Virus record (IMG/VR): IMGVR_UViG_3300017963_000233
Length of the DNA: 64,000 nt
Reading direction: 5' to 3' (one strand)
Source: a virus
In this document: positions 9,128 through 16,864 of the stretch, piece after piece
How the letters are laid out: the number at the start of each line of letters is the position of its first letter
Numbering within the stretch: position 1 is the stretch's first letter
Translations under genes and position numbers: made by a program
Notes under the pieces: generated by a model
What the model was told of the DNA's origin: nothing
Database searches by the model: none
The model's input: the letters and a program-made list of their open reading frames with translations, nothing else

Positions 9128-10066
9128 TTACGCCGCCCTTCTGAAATGTCCCTGAATAATAGAAGGGACTCTTTCAGAAAGCTCCGTTCTGACCATCTCC
9201 GATTCAACCTGATGTGTCAAGAACTGTGTGATGGCGCTGTTGAGGTCCCAGTACGTCGGAGTCTTGATGGATTTCAGATTTTCTTGCCCTCTCCCCATAA
9301 GGGGCAATTGAACGATCTCCGCTGCCCTTTTCTCGGAAAACCCGATTTCATCCATGATCTCTTGCACTCCAGTATCAGCCAATTTCTTGTGTGCCCACTT
9401 GTCCCACAATCCGATTTGTTCACTGAATTTGCCCATATAGTCTGTGATCTCTTGAACAACAGCCTCAGTGTTGAGGTTCTTCCTGTGCTTTTTGGACAAC
9501 TTCTGCATGGTCTTGAATGCGTACAGCCCGTTTGAACAGACCATTTGATGGGCACCAAACTTCACCTGAAATTCACTTGACAAGTCATAGCTATTCCTCA
9601 ATTCGACAGCAGGATTGATGCTTTCTTTGTGCGGTCCCACTTCGAATTTCACATCAGGAAACTTGACAGAGATCTTCAGCCTGGCACCTTCTTTGTAGAT
9701 GACAGGCTTTACTGTAGGCGTTCCATATTCAGGCAGTTCTGTCAATATGTTCTCCATCTGGGTCAATGCTTCCTCATGGGGCACGATCTTGTACTGTTTG
9801 GAAGCAAAGGAATAGAATGCGGTGTGCGGTACTGTCTCAAACGATTGAGTTTCCTTATTGAACTCGTCTACCACTGTATCACCCAACACCGCAACCCTGT
9901 CCTCGATGTGGACAGTGCTTGCCCCATCGACGTAGGCTGCGGGCCTGCTGTAGACATTGGGCCATCTGACATCGGGGAATCTTTCCCTGACCTTCTGCAC
10001 TTTTTCCTGTGCAAGTCGATGTCCCTCAATTCTCTCCTCAGCCATTTTTCTGATTTTCTCGTTCAT
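9128..10066 (-). CDS. DUF932-like protein
   Basis: SKQYKIVPHEE, LRNSYDLSS...FGAHQMVCSNGL, HR motif, YWDLNSAITQ all fit DUF932. Confidence 0.75.
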   Translation of the reverse strand: MNEKIRKMAEERIEGHRLAQEKVQKVRERFPDVRWPNVYSRPAAYVDGASTVHIEDRVAVLGDTVVDEFNKETQSFETVPHTAFYSFASKQYKIVPHEEALTQMENILTELPEYGTPTVKPVIYKEGARLKISVKFPDVKFEVGPHKESINPAVELRNSYDLSSEFQVKFGAHQMVCSNGLYAFKTMQKLSKKHRKNLNTEAVVQEITDYMGKFSEQIGLWDKWAHKKLADTGVQEIMDEIGFSEKRAAEIVQLPLMGRGQENLKSIKTPTYWDLNSAITQFLTHQVESEMVRTELSERVPSIIQGHFRRAA

Positions 10067-10152
10067 TTTTCTCTCCTTTCACAAAAGGTTATTTGATTGA
10101 GGCAATGCCTCGCATTGCGTATGATCGAAACCATACGCAATACGCGAAATTG

Positions 10153-10533
10153 TCAATCAGGAGATACAAAGAAAGGCTTGTCAGTTCCCTTCCAATAATG
10201 ACCTTTCTTTGTTCCCTTCTCATGCAATTCCCGCGGAGAAACGAACTTTTCATAATACCTATCGGAACCTCTGTTGACAGAATACAACTTGCCGTCTACC
10301 TCATTGCAGAATTCCAAATGGTTTTTATACAAATCATCGGTAAGCGCATCCTGCACCCCATGCAAATACGATCTTACCCAAGACGGCGTTCCTTTTGGCA
10401 TTCTTTCCAGAATTTTTAGTAATTTTTCATTCCTTTCCTCAGAAGTCATTTTGAAGATTTTACAGGAACTGTGGAGATCGTACAATCTTCCTTTGCCCTC
10501 AATTTTAATTTGGACCGCTCTTTTGATTCTCAT
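10153..10533 (-). CDS. hypothetical protein
   Basis: GAAAGGAG RBS before ATG 10533. Confidence 0.65.
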   Translation of the reverse strand: MRIKRAVQIKIEGKGRLYDLHSSCKIFKMTSEERNEKLLKILERMPKGTPSWVRSYLHGVQDALTDDLYKNHLEFCNEVDGKLYSVNRGSDRYYEKFVSPRELHEKGTKKGHYWKGTDKPFFVSPD

Positions 10534-10621
10534 TTTTTTCTCCTTTCGCAAAGGGTTATTTGATTGAGGCAATGCCCCACACTATGCATGACTTTCGCCA
10601 TGCATAGTATGTGAAATTAAT

Positions 10622-11059
10622 TCAATCACAATCTGGAGCTACAAACGAACCATCCGACACTCGGTAGACAGGGTAAGGGGCTTTCCCACTATCGAACCAA
10701 TCGTGGTCGAAACAATATGCTTTGGCACCAACTCCTTCCTCCGTCCAGTTTACCAAATACCCCGCTCCTGGAGCACAAGGTGAACAATACTGACACCAAG
10801 TGTAATATGGGGACTTTGTGATAAAAATATCACCATAATCGTCGGAACATTCCGCTTGTAGATCTTCATAATCTATATACCAAGATATGGGGTCAATGTA
10901 ATCTTCATCTTCATGGTCGAATTCTCCATAATTTGGTTGTGCTTCTTCGTACCATGCACTTCCGACTACATTATAGTTAATTACTCCATAATGAAACCCT
11001 TTGCCGTCCACATTGCTTTTGCCATGGGAATAATCAATTCCCGCATAGTCTGTTTTCAT
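10622..11059 (-). CDS. acidic, Tyr-rich protein with CxxCxPC motif
   Basis: GAAAGGAGAGG RBS; WCQYCSPCAPG. Confidence 0.7.
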   Translation of the reverse strand: MKTDYAGIDYSHGKSNVDGKGFHYGVINYNVVGSAWYEEAQPNYGEFDHEDEDYIDPISWYIDYEDLQAECSDDYGDIFITKSPYYTWCQYCSPCAPGAGYLVNWTEEGVGAKAYCFDHDWFDSGKAPYPVYRVSDGSFVAPDCD

Positions 11060-11071
11060 TTTCCTCTCCTT

Positions 11072-11311
11072 TCACATTGCATGTACCTCTTCCATTTTCT
11101 TTTCGAAGCACCTTTCACAATACCCGTGGCTCGGTTTATCTATCAAAGAGTGCCTCTTGTCGTACACAACTCCACATTCGCAACATACCACATCGATGCT
11201 ATAGAAATCCACAGCATCACACACAGGGCAATGCCATTTCTTTCCGTAATACATCGACGTACCACATTTTTTGCAAATATTTCTACCATTTTCGATATCA
11301 TCTATTACCAT
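11072..11311 (-). CDS. multi-Zn-ribbon small protein
   Basis: four CxxC pairs in 79 aa. Confidence 0.6.
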   Translation of the reverse strand: MVIDDIENGRNICKKCGTSMYYGKKWHCPVCDAVDFYSIDVVCCECGVVYDKRHSLIDKPSHGYCERCFEKKMEEVHAM

Positions 11312-11397
11312 ACTATTTTCCTTTCCATTTTATTTTAACACCCAAATGCGGGCATGAGGAAAATTTCTCACCTCATGCCCTTTTTCGATGTTAAAAT

Positions 11398-12117
11398 TTA
11401 ATTTTGTGTGGATGCCCACAGCTCCTCACTCTTTTTCCTTGAGCCAGGAGCCTTCTCATCTGAGAACTTGACAATTCTGGTCTCCTTGTCGATCACAACA
11501 TAGTAATCGAAAGGACAATACTTACGACTTATACCATCACTGATATAAGTCGTAGCGGTACTTTTCGCACCTTCAGGAAAAGCTGTCATGTACATATCGA
11601 CAAGCTGTTCCTTCGTGTACCTGCCCTCTTGGATCGCATTAGCGATCCATTGCTTCATACCGCTTTTCTTGCCACCACCAGATTTCTTTTTGCTCTGCCT
11701 CTTTTTTTCTGCTTCCTTTTGTGCCGCAAGCGCATTGCACAAAAGGAACCTTTCCTCATACATCTCCTTGCAATCCTTGTTGCAGATTGGAGAGTTGAGG
11801 TCAGGATTTGCAAACACACCGCAAAACAGTTCATTTTCCTCATCCCTGTATGCAGCGCACATCTCGTCCGTGATCTCTACCTCTGACTCTGAATTTTCTG
11901 CACTTTCCGATGGTTCAGGATCGGAAATTTCCGATGGTTCAGGATCCTGAGTGAACAAATGTGCAAATGCATCCTTTTTGAGGATCGGAGCATTATCGGA
12001 TTTGAGCTTGAGCCTCAACTCCGCAATCTCCTTTTTGGTCATTTTCTCCAACTCATCCGTCTTGATCGACGGATTCTCCTTGACCACTCGATTAATGATT
12101 TCTTGCTTTGTACTCAT
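11398..12117 (-). CDS. multidomain protein: acidic linker, Cys cluster, C-terminal winged-helix-like domain
   Basis: GAAAGGAG RBS before ATG 12117; DPEPSE duplicated (24-bp repeat); basic stretch then RYTKEQLVD...KSTATTYISD. Confidence 0.7.
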   Translation of the reverse strand: MSTKQEIINRVVKENPSIKTDELEKMTKKEIAELRLKLKSDNAPILKKDAFAHLFTQDPEPSEISDPEPSESAENSESEVEITDEMCAAYRDEENELFCGVFANPDLNSPICNKDCKEMYEERFLLCNALAAQKEAEKKRQSKKKSGGGKKSGMKQWIANAIQEGRYTKEQLVDMYMTAFPEGAKSTATTYISDGISRKYCPFDYYVVIDKETRIVKFSDEKAPGSRKKSEELWASTQN

Positions 12118-12206
12118 GATTTCTCTCCTTTCACAAAAGGTTATTGATTTGGAGCATAACCGCTCCACACATAGCATGAAAATTTCTCATGCTATGGTTG
12201 CAACAG

Positions 12207-12479
12207 TTACCATCCATAGTTTTTGTACGGAAAGGCCTCTTTCATCAAACTATTCCTGTCTTTTCGAGACAGTTTGTAAAATTCTTCCGCATCTGCTTTT
12301 GAAAGTCCACCGTGAAATTTAATTCTATCCGCATCTGTTACCATTTGGATGACTTCCTCTCTGGACATTGTTGCAGACTCATCGAGTTCACCATCCTCAT
12401 CGATGAGGCAATCAGCCCCGATTGCGGCCCATGTTCGATAAGCCGCCCGAATGACTCTTTCTTTAAATTCCTTATCCAT
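12207..12479 (-). CDS. hypothetical protein
   Basis: GAAAGGAG RBS before ATG 12479. Confidence 0.65.
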   Translation of the reverse strand: MDKEFKERVIRAAYRTWAAIGADCLIDEDGELDESATMSREEVIQMVTDADRIKFHGGLSKADAEEFYKLSRKDRNSLMKEAFPYKNYGW

Positions 12480-12495
12480 TTTCTCTCCTTTCACT

Positions 12496-12807
12496 TTAAT
12501 TTTTGATCGGATCTGTTTGGCTTACATGAAACACCGTAGCCATCCACGGCAAAGAGCGAGTGCGCTCAGGATCCTTTTTATCTTTTACAGTCCTGATCGT
12601 CCGCACCTTAACCCCATGTTCGCCGCGTCGCACTTGCCTTCCCTTCGCCTTCCAGGCATTGTAAGTAAAGACATTTTCACGTGGCGAAATTTCCGACTCT
12701 GGAATTCCCTTTCGAATGAATCCCTCATAGATCAGGGGATAATTCGAAAGTGTCTGTTGACTTTCCGCCCTTCTCAGAGCTTCCCTTTGGATTTCCTGTT
12801 GTGTCAT
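12496..12807 (-). CDS. ArdC N-terminal (DUF1738)-like ssDNA-binding domain protein
   Basis: FTYNAWKAKGRQVRRGEHG and TVFHVSQT match the ArdC-N signature; no metalloprotease domain. Confidence 0.75.
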   Translation of the reverse strand: MTQQEIQREALRRAESQQTLSNYPLIYEGFIRKGIPESEISPRENVFTYNAWKAKGRQVRRGEHGVKVRTIRTVKDKKDPERTRSLPWMATVFHVSQTDPIKN

Positions 12808-12890
12808 TTTTCATCTCCTTTCACTTTTTGTTACTGACAGCTAATGCCATCAACACATGGCACAAGAATTTCTCATGCCATGCATTGATA

Positions 12891-13016
12891 TCATTTTTTG
12901 CGAGGTGAACAATACAATACCTTTCCTACCATACGGAAGTTATAAGTCTTTCGCATGAGCATGGAAAGGTGATTGCATCTATACCAGATTTTCCCACCAA
13001 GATTCAGCTTTTCCAT
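12891..13016 (-). CDS. small basic hypothetical protein
   Basis: AAGGGAG RBS before ATG 13016. Confidence 0.5.
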   Translation of the reverse strand: MEKLNLGGKIWYRCNHLSMLMRKTYNFRMVGKVLYCSPRKK

Positions 13017-13169
13017 GACAATTTCTCCCTTCTTAAGAATTTCTGACCAGTGATGCTTCTCAAAAATCGAAAATTTCACAGCTAATTTTAACAGAGAGCG
13101 CATGGACTTTAGATATCCTATCCTACCCATTAACATTATGCGTCCATGCGCTTAAAATCGCTATTCCAT

Positions 13170-13553
13170 TCAGATTATCGCTTGCTTGTTAAAGCAAGTA
13201 TCCACAACCTTTCCGCAACTCGAACAAACAATCAATGTTTCTCCAGGAAATCCTGGAATATCTTCCAATCTGGGACCGCAACACCTTCGATATTTCCTTT
13301 CATATAGGTCCACAAAATCATTCGGATCTATACCAGTCATGTTTTTGAACATGAGATAAGGGAGAACCCCAAACCTTTTGCCATACAATCTTGGAATTTC
13401 TCGTCCGTTGATCGACAGCCAGCAGTCAAGACCACTATGGAAAACGATCATTTTGTCATTGATCTCCACAACGTATTCCTCATAACTGTATGGATCATGA
13501 CGGGGACCCTCGACTCCAGACTCAAGATCGATTGTCCTTTTTGTGATTTTCAT
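13170..13553 (-). CDS. hypothetical protein with C-terminal Cys motifs
   Basis: ATGA overlap with upstream gene; CC...CSSC. Confidence 0.6.
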   Translation of the reverse strand: MKITKRTIDLESGVEGPRHDPYSYEEYVVEINDKMIVFHSGLDCWLSINGREIPRLYGKRFGVLPYLMFKNMTGIDPNDFVDLYERKYRRCCGPRLEDIPGFPGETLIVCSSCGKVVDTCFNKQAII

Positions 13554-13819
13554 TGCACACCATCCGCTTTTTTGTGCATGGGGATTATTTTGATCCTCTG
13601 CACCTGTCCGCATTCCTGACAGACATCCTTGCACTGATTTTTCCCATGCCAATTTAGCCACAGAGCTTGACTCGTGCATTTCAGGCACTTGTGAGTCATG
13701 GTGTCCTTATCGAAATAGACACCTTGCGTTTTTTCAACATAATTCGTGCTTTCCCTTTCCGAGTCAAGCACTACTCTCCATTCATCTTTGCCATGTCTGG
13801 CAATATTCATGAGTCTCAT
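13550..13819 (-). CDS. hypothetical Zn-ribbon protein
   Basis: GAAAGGAG RBS; CLKC...CQEC. Confidence 0.6.
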   Translation of the reverse strand: MRLMNIARHGKDEWRVVLDSERESTNYVEKTQGVYFDKDTMTHKCLKCTSQALWLNWHGKNQCKDVCQECGQVQRIKIIPMHKKADGVQ

Positions 13820-13893
13820 TTTTCTCTCCTTTCACTTTGGATTTGATAACTCCACACATAGCATGAGAAATTCTCATGCTATGGTTGTAGCCA

Positions 13894-14100
13894 TCAAAGA
13901 ATATTTCCAAAAACGAAAGTACGATGGAATGCCTTGACTTTGCCAGTGGTAAACAAAGTCATAGCATCTTTAGGGGTTAACTTGAATCCGGTTGCTTTAA
14001 GGACTTTCAACCGGATATCAAATAAATCTCTTGCCGGAATCAATTGGCGATTGTGAAAAATTACATCGCCTTTTCGGGTGAAAATTCTATTTCGATGCAT
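13894..14100 (-). CDS. small basic hypothetical protein
   Basis: GAAAGGAG RBS, 68 aa. Confidence 0.6.
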   Translation of the reverse strand: MHRNRIFTRKGDVIFHNRQLIPARDLFDIRLKVLKATGFKLTPKDAMTLFTTGKVKAFHRTFVFGNIL

Positions 14101-14180
14101 GGTAATCTCCTTTCACATTTGGATTACAGAGCTAACTGCTCCACACATAGCATGAGATTCTCATGCTATGGTTGCAACAG

Positions 14181-14543
14181 TTATATCCTGATCGATACTA
14201 TCTTGCCTTTCGATTCTCTTTCCAGAATAAGAACCCTTGCATGATGATTTACAAACTGGTCGTTGTATGTTCTGTACCTGTACAAAACTACAGATTTCAC
14301 AGGGCAAGGCGTTTCAATGTATGGATGGTAATCTCTGTATCTTACCCATCTGCCGTTTGGACTTTTGATTAACTCAATTTCCTGATCGGTTTTCAATTTC
14401 ATTTTACTTTCGTCCACAGTCAAAGAGCGGAATCTTTTTGACTGTTGACCATTCATTAAATTTGCCACATATGGATTTCTCATGAATTGGTAAAGATCCT
14501 TTTTCCTTATTTCTTTTATATCCATTACTTTTTGTTCCATCAT
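14181..14543 (-). CDS. hypothetical protein
   Basis: GAAAGGAGAGG RBS within the duplicated leader; start ATG 14543. Confidence 0.6.
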   Translation of the reverse strand: MMEQKVMDIKEIRKKDLYQFMRNPYVANLMNGQQSKRFRSLTVDESKMKLKTDQEIELIKSPNGRWVRYRDYHPYIETPCPVKSVVLYRYRTYNDQFVNHHARVLILERESKGKIVSIRI

Positions 14544-14690
14544 TCCTCTCCTTTCACGTTTAATTTCTTCCATCCTACACTTCATGATCAAAAATTTCTG
14601 ACCATCAAGTGAAAGATGGAAAGAGTTGAACAAGCACACGGAGAAAGTGAGCGAAACCCATATGCAATCCAACTCTTTCCACTTCCTGCA

Positions 14691-14861
14691 TTATCTCTCA
14701 CAATTGAGATAATGCTCCTCTTCCGCACAGGTTGCCTCAACTGGACAACCAGTACATCTTTCCTCTAGGTTGTTTTTGATCTCCTCCATACATTCCCAAC
14801 AAGTAGGAGGGACCAACTCATGAATAGTCCCAGCTCCACACCGATGGCATCTTACTTTCAT
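14691..14861 (-). CDS. small Cys-rich protein
   Basis: Not in ORF track; AAAAGGAG RBS; MKVRCHRCG...CWEC...CTGC...C...C, 56 aa. Confidence 0.6.
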   Translation of the reverse strand: MKVRCHRCGAGTIHELVPPTCWECMEEIKNNLEERCTGCPVEATCAEEEHYLNCER

Positions 14862-14880
14862 CTCAATCTCCTTTTACTTT

Positions 14881-15177
14881 TTAGTGTTGGGCGACGAGGA
14901 CGCGCCCGCCGCGCCCATCGTCGTACCAAACCTTGTTGAATTTATGAACTACCTGATGAAACACAATCAGATAGCTCCACACCGCCATTGGACCAGTCAA
15001 CACGACTTCGGTCCTTTCATCGGCTGGAGTCGCATCAATGATCGATGCGACATTCCTGCCGACGATATTAGCAGCGTCGGCAGGAGAGGTGGTCAATGTC
15101 AATCGACCACCTACTTCTGTTACTTCGCATCCCTCGTAAAGGGATGCATTGCTCAATGCCATGTTAATCTCCATCAT
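14881..15177 (-). CDS. csx3: Csx3/Crn3-like cyclic-oligoadenylate ring nuclease (candidate anti-type III CRISPR)
   Basis: VVLTGPMAVWSYLIVFHQVVHKFNKVWYDDGRGGRVLVAQH aligns with the Csx3 core VVISGRGPIWLHCFLAHKYAH...VYDPRLGAVVVQSH (recalled A. fulgidus sequence). Confidence 0.7.
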   Translation of the reverse strand: MMEINMALSNASLYEGCEVTEVGGRLTLTTSPADAANIVGRNVASIIDATPADERTEVVLTGPMAVWSYLIVFHQVVHKFNKVWYDDGRGGRVLVAQH

Positions 15178-15395
15178 TCCTCTCCTTTCACGTTTAATTT
15201 CTTCCATCCTACACTTCATGATCAAAAATTTCTCACCATCGAAAATTTCTCAAGGAATTTCTGACGAAAATTTCTGACCATCAAGTGAAAGATGGAAAGA
15301 GTTGAATTATCACATGGGAAAGCGAGTATAAACCCATGTGTTGTCATTCAACTCTTTCCACATCTTTACTTCCACTGCATAAATCCTCTATCGTC

Positions 15396-15539
15396 AATAA
15401 AAATCATTGACGATAGTTGATTCATTGCTTCTTCCATAGAGGTGAAACACCCAATAAATATACTGTCTTGTGTATACCAGGGTGTAACAACTCCCGTTGG
15501 CCTTCCACTGCTGCTATAACACTCTGCAAACCATTCCAT
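15396..15539 (-). CDS. small hypothetical protein
   Basis: GAAAGGAG RBS before ATG 15539; 47 aa; 3' end overlaps hairpin 15388-15416. Confidence 0.4.
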
Positions 15540-15632
15540 TTTAGTCTCCTTTCACTTTTTGTGTTTGATGATAAAATACCATCAACACATAGCATGAGAA
15601 TATCCCATGCTATGTATTTATGCTATTCTATT

Positions 15633-15860
15633 TCATTCCACTTCATTCCACTCAAGTCTCACTACCTGCCATCCATCTCGAAGATGAACAGCGTTCCATT
15701 CTTCACTCATTTCATTATACATTCTGCTAAGTTCAAATGGAGAATCCTCTAGATCAATTGCACTGTTTGGTTGATCCAGTGCAACGAATGATTCCCATTC
15801 CTCGTCCCACCAGACACCAAGACATTCAACTACTCTACCGTCCTTCTCTACTGTCACCAT
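15633..15860 (-). CDS. highly acidic Trp-rich small protein
   Basis: GAAAGGAG RBS; 19 D/E, 5 K/R, 6 W in 75 aa. Confidence 0.65.
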   Translation of the reverse strand: MVTVEKDGRVVECLGVWWDEEWESFVALDQPNSAIDLEDSPFELSRMYNEMSEEWNAVHLRDGWQVVRLEWNEVE

Positions 15861-15960
15861 AATTCTCTCCTTTCACATATTCGGCATATCACATATCACA
15901 TATCATGCATCATGCATCATGCATCATATTGATATGCCTATTGTTTCGCAATTTGCGTTC

Positions 15961-16059
15961 TGAATCATATTCACTAAATGAATCGTATTCACTAAATGAA
16001 TCATATTCACTAAATGAATCATATTCAGTGAATCATATTCAGAAAATGAATTGCATTCA
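15961..16059. repeat. tandem array of 13-bp palindrome TGAAT-N3-ATTCA, mostly 18-bp period
   Basis: copies start at 15961, 15979, 15997, 16015, 16029, 16047. Confidence 0.9.
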
Positions 16060-16116
16060 TTGCATACAAAAAAGCGCATTACAATTGTAATGCGCTTTTC
16101 AATCTGAAATGAATTT

Positions 16117-16197
16117 TTATACAAATAGTGCGCTGAGCTGATACGAAACAATTATTGTGATCATAATTACCGAATAGTAAAACATTGCTTTTTTCAT
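16117..16197 (-). CDS. 26-aa hydrophobic peptide
   Basis: AAAGGAG RBS then MKKAMFYYSVIMITIIVSYQLSALFV*; not in ORF track. Confidence 0.5.
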   Translation of the reverse strand: MKKAMFYYSVIMITIIVSYQLSALFV

Positions 16198-16277
16198 TTT
16201 AATAATCTCCTTTTTTTATTTTATATATCGCACTATTTCACCAAAAATTTAATGAAATAGTGCTTTTTTCACAATTA

Positions 16278-16864
16278 TTCCAATAACAGTATGCTTCGCC
16301 AATTAATTGTTAGGAACTAAGACATATTGAATTGATTAATTCTTTCTTGTCTCAGTTCTTGCGCTAATTGTACTTTCGATTTTGGAATGACATCTTCAAA
16401 ATGCAAAATGTCATTTGTTTTGTGTACTTTTCGTCCAAAAACATTTTTATAATATCGATCATTTTGACTATCGGCAAGATATGTGCTGATAGTCGAAACA
16501 GCGTATTGACTATCAAATATAAATAGCGATTGGTCGATTAGACTTTTGCGTGTATAACGTGCTTCAGCTATCTTTTGTTCTAAAAAGATGAGTAAAGCAC
16601 TTCGTTTTTTGCGCTTTGATCTGTTATGCCTAGTTCGCATGTTTTCTTTTTCAGAAACATGCTTTTTAGACACAACGTACCTACGATTTTCGTTCTTTAA
16701 ACGTGCATTATCAAGTGCGATGTTTTTATAATGTTGAATAATTTCACTTTTGGTCATTGACTCAAAGTCTATGACAATCTGATTTAACTCTTGAATATCT
16801 TTAATTCTATTATTCATTTGTATGCTCACTTTCATTTTATAAGCGAAGCATACTGTTATTGGAA
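16278..16864. repeat. perfect 22-bp inverted repeats flanking one gene
   Basis: TTCCAATAACAGTATGCTTCGC at 16278-16299 and its reverse complement at 16843-16864. Confidence 0.95.
16317..16835 (-). CDS. basic protein with winged-helix-like domain, paralogous to 11398-12117 C-terminus
   Basis: RYTRKSLIDQ...AVSTISTYLAD vs RYTKEQLVDM...AKSTATTYISD; start uncertain (16835 or 16817). Confidence 0.6.
   Translation of the reverse strand: MKVSIQMNNRIKDIQELNQIVIDFESMTKSEIIQHYKNIALDNARLKNENRRYVVSKKHVSEKENMRTRHNRSKRKKRSALLIFLEQKIAEARYTRKSLIDQSLFIFDSQYAVSTISTYLADSQNDRYYKNVFGRKVHKTNDILHFEDVIPKSKVQLAQELRQERINQFNMS

Larger units (their letters stand above)
14537..15359 (-). repeat. duplicated leader plus conserved long hairpin (two copies)
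   Basis: 14537-14599 identical to 15171-15233 (63 bp); 14591-14630 identical to 15267-15306 (40 bp); hairpins at 14618-14680 and 15294-15359. Confidence 0.9.
7196..15615 (-). repeat. family of at least 11 intergenic stem-loops preceding early-gene RBSs
   Basis: Copies at 7196-7223, 7985-8011, 9093-9114, 10113-10142, 10579-10610, 11350-11380, 12170-12196, 12856-12882, 13857-13883, 14146-14170, 15587-15615; nine share a TGAGAAAT-type core. Confidence 0.9.

Noticed and set aside
15961-16059. Possible CRISPR array
   Set aside because: 18-bp period with 1-5-bp near-constant linkers; no spacers
515-16090. Numerous plus-strand ORFs in the early arm
   Set aside because: Antisense shadows of RBS-bearing minus-strand genes, with no recognisable motifs
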